A stretch of 64,000 bases of DNA from Candidatus Latescibacterota bacterium (lineage in GTDB: Bacteria; Latescibacterota; UBA2968; UBA8231), in NCBI GenBank assembly GCA_965200315.1, contig OZ241362.1, positions 4,800,001 to 4,864,000 on the forward strand, written 5' to 3'. The translations under genes and the position numbers were made by a program. Below, piece after piece: positions 19,124 through 28,748 of the stretch. Numbering within the stretch: position 1 is the stretch's first letter; each line of letters opens with the position of its first letter. Below the pieces are notes generated by a model that worked only from the letters and a program-made list of their open reading frames with translations, was not told the DNA's origin and did no database searches.

Positions 19124-20221
19124 ATGGCCCGCGTACGCATTGGTGTTTTGGGCTGTGGTGCCATAGCCCAGGTCCAGCACCTACCCAACCTGTTGGAACT
19201 CGACGAGGAATTTGCCGTTCCCCTCGTCTGCGATGTGTCGCCCGAGCAGGCGGCTTACGTCGCCAAGCGCTTTGCTATCCCCCGGCACGTCAGCACCCTC
19301 GACGACCTGCTAAGCGCTGATATCGACGCAGTTCTCCTCTGTCATGCCGATCCCAAAAGCGACGCGGCCATTGCGGCTTTTGCCGCCGGCAAACACGTGC
19401 TGATCGAAAAGCCCATCTGCGCGTCCCGGCAGGAAGCGGACGCCATGATTGCGGCCATGCAACAAGCCGGTACCGTGGGCCAGGCCGCCTATATGAAAGC
19501 CTACGACCCGGCCTTTGCGCTGGCCAAACGAGAGGTGGAGGGTTTGGATTACAGCTTTATCCAGATCAATCACCTGCACCCGAGCAATTATCTCCACCTC
19601 GACCACTTTAACGTGCAGTACGCGGGTTCACAGCGCCCGGCAATTGCCGCCCAACGCCAGCAGACGTATAGGGACACGCTGCGCCAGGCTTTTGGCGACC
19701 TTTTCGAGCAAGCTGCGCCGGTCTGCGGCATCACCTATGGCCTGATCCACGATCTCTACAGTTTGCGCACGATGGTGGGCTCGCCCCGCGCCGTGATTAG
19801 CACGGAAATCTGGAAGAACAACCGCTCGATTACCTCAGTGCTCGAATACGCCAATGGCGCGCGTTGTGTCATCAGCCGGGTTGACTTGGAAAAGCTGTGG
19901 GATTTTCGCGAGACGCTGGAAATCTACGGCGACGATAAGCGCGTGCTGCTCACCTATCCGACTGGTTTTTCGCGCCGCGTACTCTCTACCCTGACTGTCC
20001 AAGGCATTGACGAGCACGGCACCAGCTATCGCAAAGAGCCGGCCATTCCTTGGGAGAGTGCCTTCACCGCGGAATTGCGCCACTTCCACGCCTGTATCAC
20101 CGAGGGGGTGGAGTGCCGTACGCCGATCACTGAGGCGCGCCACGACGTGGAACTCATCATCGATATCACCAAAGCCTATATCACCGGCCAATCTGTGGAG
20201 AGGCACTATGCACGGCAATAA
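19124..20221 (+). CDS. Gfo/Idh/MocA family oxidoreductase
   Basis: 'RIGVLGCGAIA' and 'AGKHVLIEKP'. Confidence 0.9.
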   Translation: MARVRIGVLGCGAIAQVQHLPNLLELDEEFAVPLVCDVSPEQAAYVAKRFAIPRHVSTLDDLLSADIDAVLLCHADPKSDAAIAAFAAGKHVLIEKPICASRQEADAMIAAMQQAGTVGQAAYMKAYDPAFALAKREVEGLDYSFIQINHLHPSNYLHLDHFNVQYAGSQRPAIAAQRQQTYRDTLRQAFGDLFEQAAPVCGITYGLIHDLYSLRTMVGSPRAVISTEIWKNNRSITSVLEYANGARCVISRVDLEKLWDFRETLEIYGDDKRVLLTYPTGFSRRVLSTLTVQGIDEHGTSYRKEPAIPWESAFTAELRHFHACITEGVECRTPITEARHDVELIIDITKAYITGQSVERHYARQ

Positions 20222-21704
20222 TTTTTACGACCCGGGTTTGCATCTATTTCTCGACGACGAGGAAGTACAAGATCATCCCGGCTTTGTGCGCAAGGTGCAG
20301 CGGCCCGAGCGCGTACGGACGGAGCCGGTATTAAAATCCGACCGGCCTTGGGAGGGGAAAGCCGTGCAACTGTGGGGCTCGGTGCTCTACGACGACGACG
20401 AAAACTGCTTCAAGATGTGGTATTACTCGGTCAACAACGACCTGTACGAGCGCACCGGCCAAGGGCACTTTATGTGTTATGCGACCTCAAAGGACGGTAT
20501 CGCGTGGGAAAAGCCGGAACTGGGGGTCGTGGCCTGCGAAGGGTCCCGCGCCAACAATATCGTCTATCCGCCGCCGGGTGTTCACTACGGTCTGGATCCG
20601 TGGGGTGTGGTCAAAGACCCGCAGGAACAAGACCCGTCCAAACGGTATAAGATGGGTATGTACCAGCAGCGTCCCACTGCGGACGCTCCGCAGGAAACGC
20701 CCACGATGGACCGCCCAGCGCGCAATGCCCTGAGCAAAGTGCTCTTCGACAAAATTCGCGATCACCACGGCATGTACGCGGCCTTCTCGCCAGATGGCAT
20801 TCACTGGCGGCTGGACGACCGCAATTACGTGCCCCGTTCCGGCGATGCGGGCGCGCTGGTGTACGATCCCATGCAGCAGCGCTACCTAGCTACTTCGCGC
20901 CGTTATGAAACGCTGATGGACCACTTTGTGCTCGAATGGAAGCAGTATCGCCGCGTCATTGCCCTGTCCAGCAGCGAGGATTTCATCCACTGGACGCCAC
21001 TGAGAACTATTATCAAACCGGACGATTTCGACGATCCGAGGGATCAGCTATACGTGATGACGCCCTTTGTCTATGGCAACCAGTACATTGGTTTCATCGG
21101 CATGCTGCACTCGGCCACGGAGCTGGGGCCAGTGCAACTGGCTACGGCGCGGCATCTGGACCACTGGCAGCGGGTGGGCCGCCGCGAGGAATTTTTGCCG
21201 GTGGGCTCGCCGGGCACTTGGGACGGGGCTTGGTCTTCGCTGTCGGCCAATCCTCCTGCTCTTGTGGGGGATACGCTGTACATGTGGTATTCGGGCCGTC
21301 CCCAGGCCCACGGCACCGAGGGCAATTCCACTAGTTCGATTGGGCTAGTGACCCTGCGCCGGGATCGCTTTGTGGCGCTGCGCTGCGGCATCGGGGGCGG
21401 CGAATTGATGACTGAACCCATTGAAGTCGTTGGACCTAGGCTTGGGGTCAATGCCACCTGTTTATTTGGACACTTGCAGGTGCGCGTCATTGCGGAGGCC
21501 TCTGTGCCGGAGGGGTTTGACTTTGACTCGTGCAATGGGTTGGCACGGGGGGACGAGACGGATTGCGAGGTTACGTGGGGGCAGGAGCGGCGCGATCTGA
21601 CGCCTTTTTTCGGCCGGAATATCCGCTTGCACTTTCGCACGGACAATGCTACGAGCTTGTATGCCTATCGAACCGGGGACAGCTCTCGCGTTTTACGAGG
21701 ATGA
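20208..21704 (+). CDS. Five-bladed beta-propeller glycoside hydrolase-like protein (GH32/43/130 clan-like)
   Basis: GGAG RBS and ATG 20208; 'FKMWY', 'CYATSKDGIAWEKPELG', 'SPDGIHW', 'SEDFIHW' and 'LRRDRFV'. Confidence 0.7.
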   Translation: MHGNNFYDPGLHLFLDDEEVQDHPGFVRKVQRPERVRTEPVLKSDRPWEGKAVQLWGSVLYDDDENCFKMWYYSVNNDLYERTGQGHFMCYATSKDGIAWEKPELGVVACEGSRANNIVYPPPGVHYGLDPWGVVKDPQEQDPSKRYKMGMYQQRPTADAPQETPTMDRPARNALSKVLFDKIRDHHGMYAAFSPDGIHWRLDDRNYVPRSGDAGALVYDPMQQRYLATSRRYETLMDHFVLEWKQYRRVIALSSSEDFIHWTPLRTIIKPDDFDDPRDQLYVMTPFVYGNQYIGFIGMLHSATELGPVQLATARHLDHWQRVGRREEFLPVGSPGTWDGAWSSLSANPPALVGDTLYMWYSGRPQAHGTEGNSTSSIGLVTLRRDRFVALRCGIGGGELMTEPIEVVGPRLGVNATCLFGHLQVRVIAEASVPEGFDFDSCNGLARGDETDCEVTWGQERRDLTPFFGRNIRLHFRTDNATSLYAYRTGDSSRVLRG

Positions 21705-21717
21705 GGAGAACAGACAA

Positions 21718-22254
21718 ATGGACGAGTTACAGGCCCAAACCCTACCCGCGCTCGATTGGCATGGTATCTGGCCCGGCTACGTCAGCCACGACGACGAAGG
21801 CCTGTATTTCCCCCAGGATTTGCCCACCGGCATCCGCTTGGCCGTGCAGCAAGCCGAGTGCTCTGATCCGGTCATGGCGCGCCAAACGCGCTGGGAAGCC
21901 GGCAATATCCACTACCCGAGTTTGATAAAGGAAGGCGACCGCTATCGCCTGTGGTACTGCTGCTTTGCCGATCCCGACGACCCTTGGGTGAAGGCCGGCC
22001 ACGTGCCGGGCAAAGTACCTGGACTGTGGTGCTACGCCGAAATCGTCGACGGCAGTTTGCCCAATCGAACGAGTGCAGCTTTGGTTCCCGCTCTAGAAGG
22101 ATTCAGTTTTGCCGACTGCGACCGGCTGTCTGGGGACGAGTTGGCGGCCGTGGTGAGCTGGCGGGGCAAATCGGATCTGTCGGCGCTGAAGGGCCAGAAG
22201 ATTCATTTGCGATTTCGCCTGGCGCGCGCCCAGCTCTTTGCCGTTACCCTCTGA
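21718..22254 (+). pseudogene. Internally deleted beta-propeller glycoside hydrolase-like gene
   Basis: The N-terminus ('PTGIRL...RYRLWY...CYAE') and C-terminus ('FSFADCD.L.GD...V.W.G..DL...LRF.L....LF') align with the 516-aa paralog at 35844-37394, but about 300 central residues are missing. Confidence 0.65.
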
Positions 22255-22370
22255 TATAATGAACATAGATCGTCCATCCAGATAATCCGCAGATGGGCGC
22301 ACGTATTTACAAGACGATCCGCATCTCGAATCGTTTAGGTCATTCAGGCTTGCCATAGGAGACCAAAGCT

Positions 22371-23228
22371 ATGTTGGTGGGAATTGTCACTTTGAAATCG
22401 GCCCCTTGGGAATTGGAAGATAATTTCCAGCGGCTGGAAGCCTATGTGCGGGAGGCGGCCGGGCGTCGCGCCCAAGTGATTGTCGCGCCCGAGTCTGTGC
22501 TGGATGGGTATGTGTTTAACGCAGACCCCACGTCCGAGTTGGCGGATATGTTGGAAATTGCCCAGACCGTGCCGGATGGAGCCTATATCCAGCGGGCGGG
22601 CGCGTTGTGCAGAGAATTGGGGGTCTATCTGATATTCGGCTTGCTGGAACGGGAAGAGCGGACCCTGTTCAACGCCTGTGTCATGCTCGATCCGCAAGGC
22701 GAGGTGATCGCTCATTACCGCAAAATTACTACCGCGGGCGAGTATGCCATCACGCCCGGGCGAGCGCTACAGCCGTTCGATACGCCCTTGGGCCGGTTGG
22801 GCTTTCTGTTGTGTAGCGACCGCAGCGTAGATAATTGCGCGGTGCTGGGGGTCCAGGGGGCGCAGGTCATTTTTATCCCCATGGATGGCAGCGGCGGGCC
22901 GGAGAATACCGAGAAAATGCGCTGGCGGGCTCGGGACAACCACTGCTGGATTGTCATTGCCAACACTTGGAGCGCGGTAATCATCAGCCCTAGCGGGGAA
23001 TTGCACTTGGAGAAATACGAAACCGAATGCGTCAGCGTGCAATACGTTCACTTGCCGCAACAGGGCAAAAGTCAAGGACGGTCGCGCTTTGTTGCGCGCC
23101 GGCCCGATTTGTACGGTCCCCTAGTCGCCGGGCACGAGGACGGCTACTACGATGGGGAGGGCAAACTCACTCCAGAGGGCGAAGCGCGCCGACAGGCAAC
23201 GCGCCGGAAGGCAGTGGAGGGGTCGTGA
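22371..23228 (+). CDS. Carbon-nitrogen hydrolase (nitrilase superfamily)
   Basis: Catalytic triad motifs 'APES', 'YRKI' and 'LLCSDR'; C-terminal 'RRPDLYG'. Confidence 0.88.
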   Translation: MLVGIVTLKSAPWELEDNFQRLEAYVREAAGRRAQVIVAPESVLDGYVFNADPTSELADMLEIAQTVPDGAYIQRAGALCRELGVYLIFGLLEREERTLFNACVMLDPQGEVIAHYRKITTAGEYAITPGRALQPFDTPLGRLGFLLCSDRSVDNCAVLGVQGAQVIFIPMDGSGGPENTEKMRWRARDNHCWIVIANTWSAVIISPSGELHLEKYETECVSVQYVHLPQQGKSQGRSRFVARRPDLYGPLVAGHEDGYYDGEGKLTPEGEARRQATRRKAVEGS

Positions 23229-25519
23229 AAGACAATATCGTGGATATCCGCGACCGGATCGCCCGCCACGATCTGTGCTACGACGCGGTACCCTCTACGT
23301 ATTTCGAGGGATTTATTCTCGGCAACGGCGATCTGGGTGCCGTGCTGTGGTTTGAGGAGGATCGCATGGTGCTCAGCTTGGACAAGGCCGATGTCTGGGA
23401 GCGGCGCGCAGACCAGAGTTTGGAGCCGGGCATGGATTACCGCACCGCCTTGCAGCAAGCCCGCGACGGTAGCTTTGATCCCAACTGCCGAGTCTTCGAT
23501 CCGGTGCGGCCTCCCGACCGAGTATGGGGCAACAAGCTGCCGATCGGCCGCGTCGAATGGCCGCTTGGGCAGACGCCGACCGCACTGGAGGGCAAAATTT
23601 CGCTCTACGAGGCCGCTTTTTCGCTGGATTTGCAACTGGAGCAGGGGGCGCTGACTGTGTGGGGGTATTTGCACGCCTGCGAGAATATCGTCGAGCTCGA
23701 AATGGAGGCTCACGGCAATATCCCACTGCCCGCTTGCCGCGTCGCCCGCCGCTTGGACGAGCGCAGCGAGGAGATCATGCAGATATGGGATTATCCCGAG
23801 GCCGAGTATGGCGGTGAGGGGCCTGATCGCTACTTGGTGCAGGGATACAGCGGCGACGAGGAGTACGCGGTGTTCGTCCGCCAGTGTCTTGTAGCGAGCA
23901 ACCGCGCTCGCTGTGCTGGCACGGTGATCCGGGGTGCAGCCGGCGATGAGTTGCCGACTCGGGCGGCCGCTGCTGTGGAGGCTTGGCAGGGACGCGATGA
24001 CCGCTTTGACGAGCATCTGGCGTGGTGGGCGCGCTTTTGGACGCGCTCGCATTTACAAGTACCCGACGCGGCTCTGGAACGCTTGTGGTACGCGGAAATG
24101 TACAAGCTGGGCTGCAACGCGCGCGAGGATAAGTACCCGGTCACCATCATGGGCGTGTGGAACCCGGATACGCGCATTCCGCCTTGTTACGGCGACCTGC
24201 ACCACAATTTAGAGACCGAGATGAACTACTGGCCCATCTTCGCCGCCAACCGCCTCGAACTGGCCATGCCGCTCTACGACCTATTGGTGGACCAGTTGCC
24301 GCGCTTTGAGGAGAATTGCCGCACCTTCTTCGGCTGGAGCGGAGCCTACCTACCGGCCAATATGGATATCTACGGCCAAGGCGTGGGATTTATGTGGTTC
24401 CCGTGGAATTTGCAGGTCGGCGTGGGTGCTTGGCTGGCCCAGCATTTCTGGCTGCACTATTGCTACAGCGGCGATCGGGACTTTCTGCGCGGCAAAGCGT
24501 GGCTCTTCATGGAAGCTGTGGGCCGCTTCTGGCTGGGATTTCTCGAAGCCGACGAAGAGGGCGTGCTGCACGTGCCTTGGTCCTACTCGCCCGAGTACGA
24601 CGACATTGTGTGCAAGGGCCGGGATTCGGCGTTTGATCTGGCGCTGGTGCGCTATTTGTTCACCACGCTCATCAAAGCCGCACAGGACCTCGGATTGGGC
24701 GCGGAGGAGACGGCGTCTTATGGTCAGGTCCTAGCAAACCTAGCGCCGCTTCCCGTGGATGAGAACGGCATTCAGGTTTACGCTGGGGTGCCGTTGGAGC
24801 GCAGCCACCGCCATTTCTCCCACCTGATGGCTATTCACCCCCTCGGTTACGTCAATGTCGAAGGCGACGCTGGCGACCGGGATTTGATCGAGCGTTCGCT
24901 GGCTCACTTGCGCCACATCGGCACAGGCCACTGGTCGGGCTGGTCTTTCCCTTGGGCGGCGCTGATTGCCTGCCGCGCCCGGCGCACCAATATGGCCCAC
25001 TCCATGTTGCGCTTTTACACCGACCAAGTGGTGCTGGCAAACACCTTGCAGGTGAGCGTTGACTGGCGTCAGACCGGGTTCTACACGGCCGAACATGGTT
25101 TTATCAATACCTTGGAGGCAGGTACGGGTGCTGCCGCGGCGGTTATGGAGATGCTATTGCAGAGCTGGGGCGGCAAAATCCGCGTCTTTCCCTGCGTGCC
25201 GGATGCGTGGCCCGCGGCGTCTTTTGATTCTCTGCGCGCCGAGGGGGCGTTCTTGGTCGGCGCCTCGTATCGGGATAGGGTGGTAGAGTGGGTGTACATC
25301 ACCAGCGAAGTCGGCCATGACTGCGCCGTACATAATCCGTGGCCGCAAGGCGACGTGGTGCTGCGCGATCTGTGTACTGGTGCCGAGGTTTTGCTAAACG
25401 GGGAGGTGCTGACTTTTGCCACCGAGGCCGGTGGACAGTACGAGTTGATTGGAACGGTGGTAGGTCGGCGGCAAAGACCCGGAGCGACTTTCGCCGCCGG
25501 CCTGCCGCGCTGGGATTAA
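23225..25519 (+). CDS. GH95-like glycoside hydrolase (alpha-L-fucosidase-like)
   Basis: GTG start overlapping the previous stop; 'ILGNGDLGA', 'GDLHHNLETEMNYW', 'SPEY', 'SHRHFSHLMAIHP', 'EMLLQSW...IRVFP..P..W' and 'LRAEGAFLV'. Confidence 0.85.
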   Translation: MKDNIVDIRDRIARHDLCYDAVPSTYFEGFILGNGDLGAVLWFEEDRMVLSLDKADVWERRADQSLEPGMDYRTALQQARDGSFDPNCRVFDPVRPPDRVWGNKLPIGRVEWPLGQTPTALEGKISLYEAAFSLDLQLEQGALTVWGYLHACENIVELEMEAHGNIPLPACRVARRLDERSEEIMQIWDYPEAEYGGEGPDRYLVQGYSGDEEYAVFVRQCLVASNRARCAGTVIRGAAGDELPTRAAAAVEAWQGRDDRFDEHLAWWARFWTRSHLQVPDAALERLWYAEMYKLGCNAREDKYPVTIMGVWNPDTRIPPCYGDLHHNLETEMNYWPIFAANRLELAMPLYDLLVDQLPRFEENCRTFFGWSGAYLPANMDIYGQGVGFMWFPWNLQVGVGAWLAQHFWLHYCYSGDRDFLRGKAWLFMEAVGRFWLGFLEADEEGVLHVPWSYSPEYDDIVCKGRDSAFDLALVRYLFTTLIKAAQDLGLGAEETASYGQVLANLAPLPVDENGIQVYAGVPLERSHRHFSHLMAIHPLGYVNVEGDAGDRDLIERSLAHLRHIGTGHWSGWSFPWAALIACRARRTNMAHSMLRFYTDQVVLANTLQVSVDWRQTGFYTAEHGFINTLEAGTGAAAAVMEMLLQSWGGKIRVFPCVPDAWPAASFDSLRAEGAFLVGASYRDRVVEWVYITSEVGHDCAVHNPWPQGDVVLRDLCTGAEVLLNGEVLTFATEAGGQYELIGTVVGRRQRPGATFAAGLPRWD

Positions 25520-25531
25520 ACGGGGTCGAGC

Positions 25532-26545
25532 ATGGACAATTCCTCAACAGCGCCGATCATTGACGCCCACGGCCATACCTTGGATCTGGCCTTTAAGTCG
25601 GGGTGCAAGCTGCACCAAGGTTTGGGTGGGCTGACCGATGTGCCCCTGATGTGCGCCGGTGGGGTCGCGGCTCAGCTAACCGCTTGTTGGGTGCCGGATG
25701 CGGAGATCGGCGGGCCTCACGGCAGTCGGCATCCCCTGCAGGAGGTCTTGCGGATCGTCGACTATCTGCATCGCCAACTCGAAGGCGAAGCTGGGGAATA
25801 CGCGGTGTTGGCCACTACTGCCGCTCACATCGAAGAAGCGCACAAGAGCGGGAAAGTCGCCTTTGTTTTGGGTCTGGAGGGCGGCGATGCGCTCAAGGGC
25901 GACCTGAGTGTATTGCGTACGCTCTATCGGCTGGGGTTGCGGCACCTCGGCTTGGTACACGAAGGACGCAATGCCTTAGGTACGGCGACGCAGGTGTGGA
26001 ACGGGCCGACCATGCGACTTTACGATAGCGAGGTCGATCCGCCGGGCCGGCTGACCGAGGCTGGCCGGCAGGTCATTGGCGAGATGAATCGGCTGGGCAT
26101 GCTCGTCGATATCACGCATCTAATTGAGGCTTGTTTTTGGGACGCGCTAAAAGTCGCCCGCGCGCCGGTCATTGCCACGCACGGCAATGCGCGGGCGCTG
26201 CGGGACACAGTGCGCTACTTGAGCGACGACCAACTCCGGGCGGTGGCCGCCACCGGGGGCCTGATTTGCCCTAGTCCGATGCCATTAGGGCCTCGGGGTG
26301 AAACAGCTAGTCTGGAGATGTTGCTGGACCACATTGATTACATAGTTGCGCTGGTTGGAGCTGCCCACGTCGGCTTTGGTACGGACCTGCTCGACCAGCT
26401 CAACGCTCGGCCGATTGGGTTGGAAGATATTGGCGAGAGCCAAAATATCGTCGAGGGCTTGCGGCAGCGCGGGCACCAAGCCGAGGCGATCAACGGGATT
26501 ATGGGCGGCAATTTTATTCGCGTTTTCAGAGAAGTAGCTGGCTAG
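25532..26545 (+). CDS. Membrane dipeptidase (peptidase M19) family
   Basis: 'IIDAH', 'LGLEGG', 'EMNRLGMLVDITH', 'ATHGNARAL' and 'HVGFGTD'. Confidence 0.9.
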   Translation: MDNSSTAPIIDAHGHTLDLAFKSGCKLHQGLGGLTDVPLMCAGGVAAQLTACWVPDAEIGGPHGSRHPLQEVLRIVDYLHRQLEGEAGEYAVLATTAAHIEEAHKSGKVAFVLGLEGGDALKGDLSVLRTLYRLGLRHLGLVHEGRNALGTATQVWNGPTMRLYDSEVDPPGRLTEAGRQVIGEMNRLGMLVDITHLIEACFWDALKVARAPVIATHGNARALRDTVRYLSDDQLRAVAATGGLICPSPMPLGPRGETASLEMLLDHIDYIVALVGAAHVGFGTDLLDQLNARPIGLEDIGESQNIVEGLRQRGHQAEAINGIMGGNFIRVFREVAG

Positions 26546-26621
26546 GCTGCCGGCGTACGAGAGAGGGGAAAGAGCACTGATGCACCAACCATTTCTGGAG
26601 ACGAGTTCATCGGCCACTCTA

Positions 26622-27020
26622 TCATGCCCTTCCCGCCTCCGCCTCTGGAAACTCCCCTCGAACCCGTTCAAGCAGCACTTCGACGAGCGCGAGCACCCCT
26701 TCCCGATCTATCGCCTCAGTACTTGAGTCGATACCCTCATAGCGAAACTCGACAGCGTATGGGGTGTAGCCGATTAGCTGCTGGAAAGACTTCGTAGCAA
26801 CGCCTTGGTCGGCGAGGCGATCTAGCAGCAACTCCAGATTGTGCGTGAGAGGATACATCTCACCCCGCAGGGCGAGCCAGGCCTTGAACGACTTCGCGGC
26901 TGCTTGCTGCACGTGGAATCCAAACGCCTCTTCCGGCACACCAGCCGTCATGCCCCGGAGCGCGAGGAGGTCGCGCTCGGCGGCCTGAAACATCGCTCTT
27001 GCACATTTAACGTCGCTCAT
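26622..27020 (-). CDS. HEPN domain protein
   Basis: 'AERDL', 'FHVQQAAAKSFKAWL', 'YPLTHNL..L' and 'PYAVEFRY'; overlaps the upstream MNT. Confidence 0.85.
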   Translation of the reverse strand: MSDVKCARAMFQAAERDLLALRGMTAGVPEEAFGFHVQQAAAKSFKAWLALRGEMYPLTHNLELLLDRLADQGVATKSFQQLIGYTPYAVEFRYEGIDSSTEAIDREGVLALVEVLLERVRGEFPEAEAGRA

Positions 27021-27342
27021 AAAGCACCTTCCCCTCTCGCAGTGCTCGCGCCAGAACGTGGTTGAGGGAATCGCGCCAGTAGGCGACGTCTTCACGGGAA
27101 TAGACCAAGACATCGGCCGGGACGAAAAATCCCGCTAGCGCGTGGTAGAGTCGGACCATCTCTTGGTGGCGACTGCGCCCCGGCCCGAACGGTTCGGCTT
27201 CCACGACGATCAGATCGACGTCCGAATCTTCCCGCTCGTCGCCCCGGCCGCGGGAGCCGAACAGGATCACCTGCTCGGGATCGACTTCGGCGACGATGGC
27301 TTGGACCATCTGCTCGATGAGTGTGTCGGTGACTTGGGGCAC
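27007..27342 (-). CDS. Minimal nucleotidyltransferase (MNT) antitoxin-like protein
   Basis: 'VILFGSRGRGD...DSDVDLIVV' and 'ALREGKVLYE'; GTG start inferred. Confidence 0.88.
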   Translation of the reverse strand: MPQVTDTLIEQMVQAIVAEVDPEQVILFGSRGRGDEREDSDVDLIVVEAEPFGPGRSRHQEMVRLYHALAGFFVPADVLVYSREDVAYWRDSLNHVLARALREGKVLYERR

Positions 27343-27584
27343 GGCGGTGTCGCATTCATCAGATGGGATTGACGCCAGCGCGGTCGAAGAGCATCGCGAC
27401 CGACGCGAAGACCAAAAGGGCGATAGCATGCACAACGGGTCTCTTCTTTGATATGATAGTTGGATCACCACCAAAACGAAAGCTCCGAGGGGACTTAATC
27501 AGAGATTCCTTTATTTTTTTATGGCTGAGAGCAGCCTAAAGAGCCGCCCGCGTAAAAGCCGATCGCGTTGTACCTGTTTTTTCG

Positions 27585-27604
27585 CGGAATGAGCATTCAT
27601 TCCG
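27585..27604. promoter_or_regulatory. Palindromic operator-like site CGGAATGA-GCAT-TCATTCCG
   Basis: Perfect 8-bp inverted arms with a 4-bp spacer in an intergenic region. Confidence 0.4.
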
Positions 27605-27848
27605 AAGAAATTTAAATGGTCTGCTGTAGGGTGGCCCTCGTCCCGTTCAATGGGATGTGGGGGACGCTTCGGCAGAGGCCAAACGTGAAACCGGATGGGG
27701 CCGGGCGCGGTGCAAGGCCGGGCAAAGCTGATGTTATGGCAGTAAAATGCGGCCGTATACGCCGATTGAGCGGCAAAAGCTATCAAAATAGCAGATAAGC
27801 AGGGCAGAGACGCGGAGGTGCCAAGCTGCGCTGGACACCGGCGCAGAC

Positions 27849-28709
27849 CTACTGGGCGACGGTGGCGAGGAATTCGTCGGTTTGCTGCGCGATGCGCACC
27901 GGGGTCAGGGGTTTGATTTCGAGTACTGCATCCCCCTGAAAATCGACTTCCTTTAGGGCGTCGAGCAGGTAGCGCCAATCCGCTGCGGGTATTTTGCCGG
28001 TGCCCGGCACGGTGTGCAGGCGGCCGATGCCCACATCATCGCCCAAAGCATCGCTGATATGCAGGTGGCAGATGCGGTCTTGCAGCCGATCGACGTACTC
28101 TTTGAGGGGAAAGCGTTTGAATTTTTGCACGTGGGTCGTGTCGAGGCAGATTCCAAGGTCGGCAAAGCGCGCCAGTGCCCGCTGCAAAATGGACAGGTTC
28201 CACAGCTCAGGGTCTTCTTCTCGCTCGCCTTCGGAGGCGTTTTCCAGCGCGATTTTGACGTTGTGCTGGCGCGCGTACTCCAGCACTTGGGCGGCAAAAT
28301 CGAAATCGGGATCGGGGCCATCGAGATAGAGATTGGCCGCGTGTACTACTAGCACCTGACTGCCCACCTGTGCCACCGTGTCGATTTGGCGGTGGTAGCT
28401 CTCCATGGTATTGTCGCCGCCCGTGTGCCAACTCGAGCGCACGCCGCGCAGGATTTGCGCCAGCCGAGGCCGGTGCTCCTCGGCGTAGAGATCGAATTGT
28501 TGAGACACCAGAGCTTCCCGGGCGAGGCTCGTCCACTCCCAACTGACCCATTTGGGCCACAACTCAACGCCGTAGCCCGCGGCGGCCACTTCGTCGACGA
28601 CTTTTGCCAGACTGTCCAAGCCGCCGTCTAGGGCGAAGCTGGTGCCGCCTTTTCGCAAGGGGAAATAGTGAATGTAGTTCCACAGGCTGATGGAGATATT
28701 CAGTTGCAT
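27849..28709 (-). CDS. Sugar phosphate isomerase/epimerase (xylose isomerase-like TIM barrel)
   Basis: 'IALEN', 'GICLDTTH', 'HLHISD', 'H..PG.G.I' and 'VLEI'. Confidence 0.85.
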   Translation of the reverse strand: MQLNISISLWNYIHYFPLRKGGTSFALDGGLDSLAKVVDEVAAAGYGVELWPKWVSWEWTSLAREALVSQQFDLYAEEHRPRLAQILRGVRSSWHTGGDNTMESYHRQIDTVAQVGSQVLVVHAANLYLDGPDPDFDFAAQVLEYARQHNVKIALENASEGEREEDPELWNLSILQRALARFADLGICLDTTHVQKFKRFPLKEYVDRLQDRICHLHISDALGDDVGIGRLHTVPGTGKIPAADWRYLLDALKEVDFQGDAVLEIKPLTPVRIAQQTDEFLATVAQ

Positions 28710-28748
28710 GGGGCCTCTTTTCTCAAGTTGGTTTGCGGTGGTTAGCTA

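Noticed and set aside
20007-20207. N-terminal extension of the 565-aa ORF
   Set aside because: Overlaps the oxidoreductase; the real start with RBS is ATG 20208. The same applies to extensions at 23027, 17340, 19076, 27113, 27474, 56283 and 60415.
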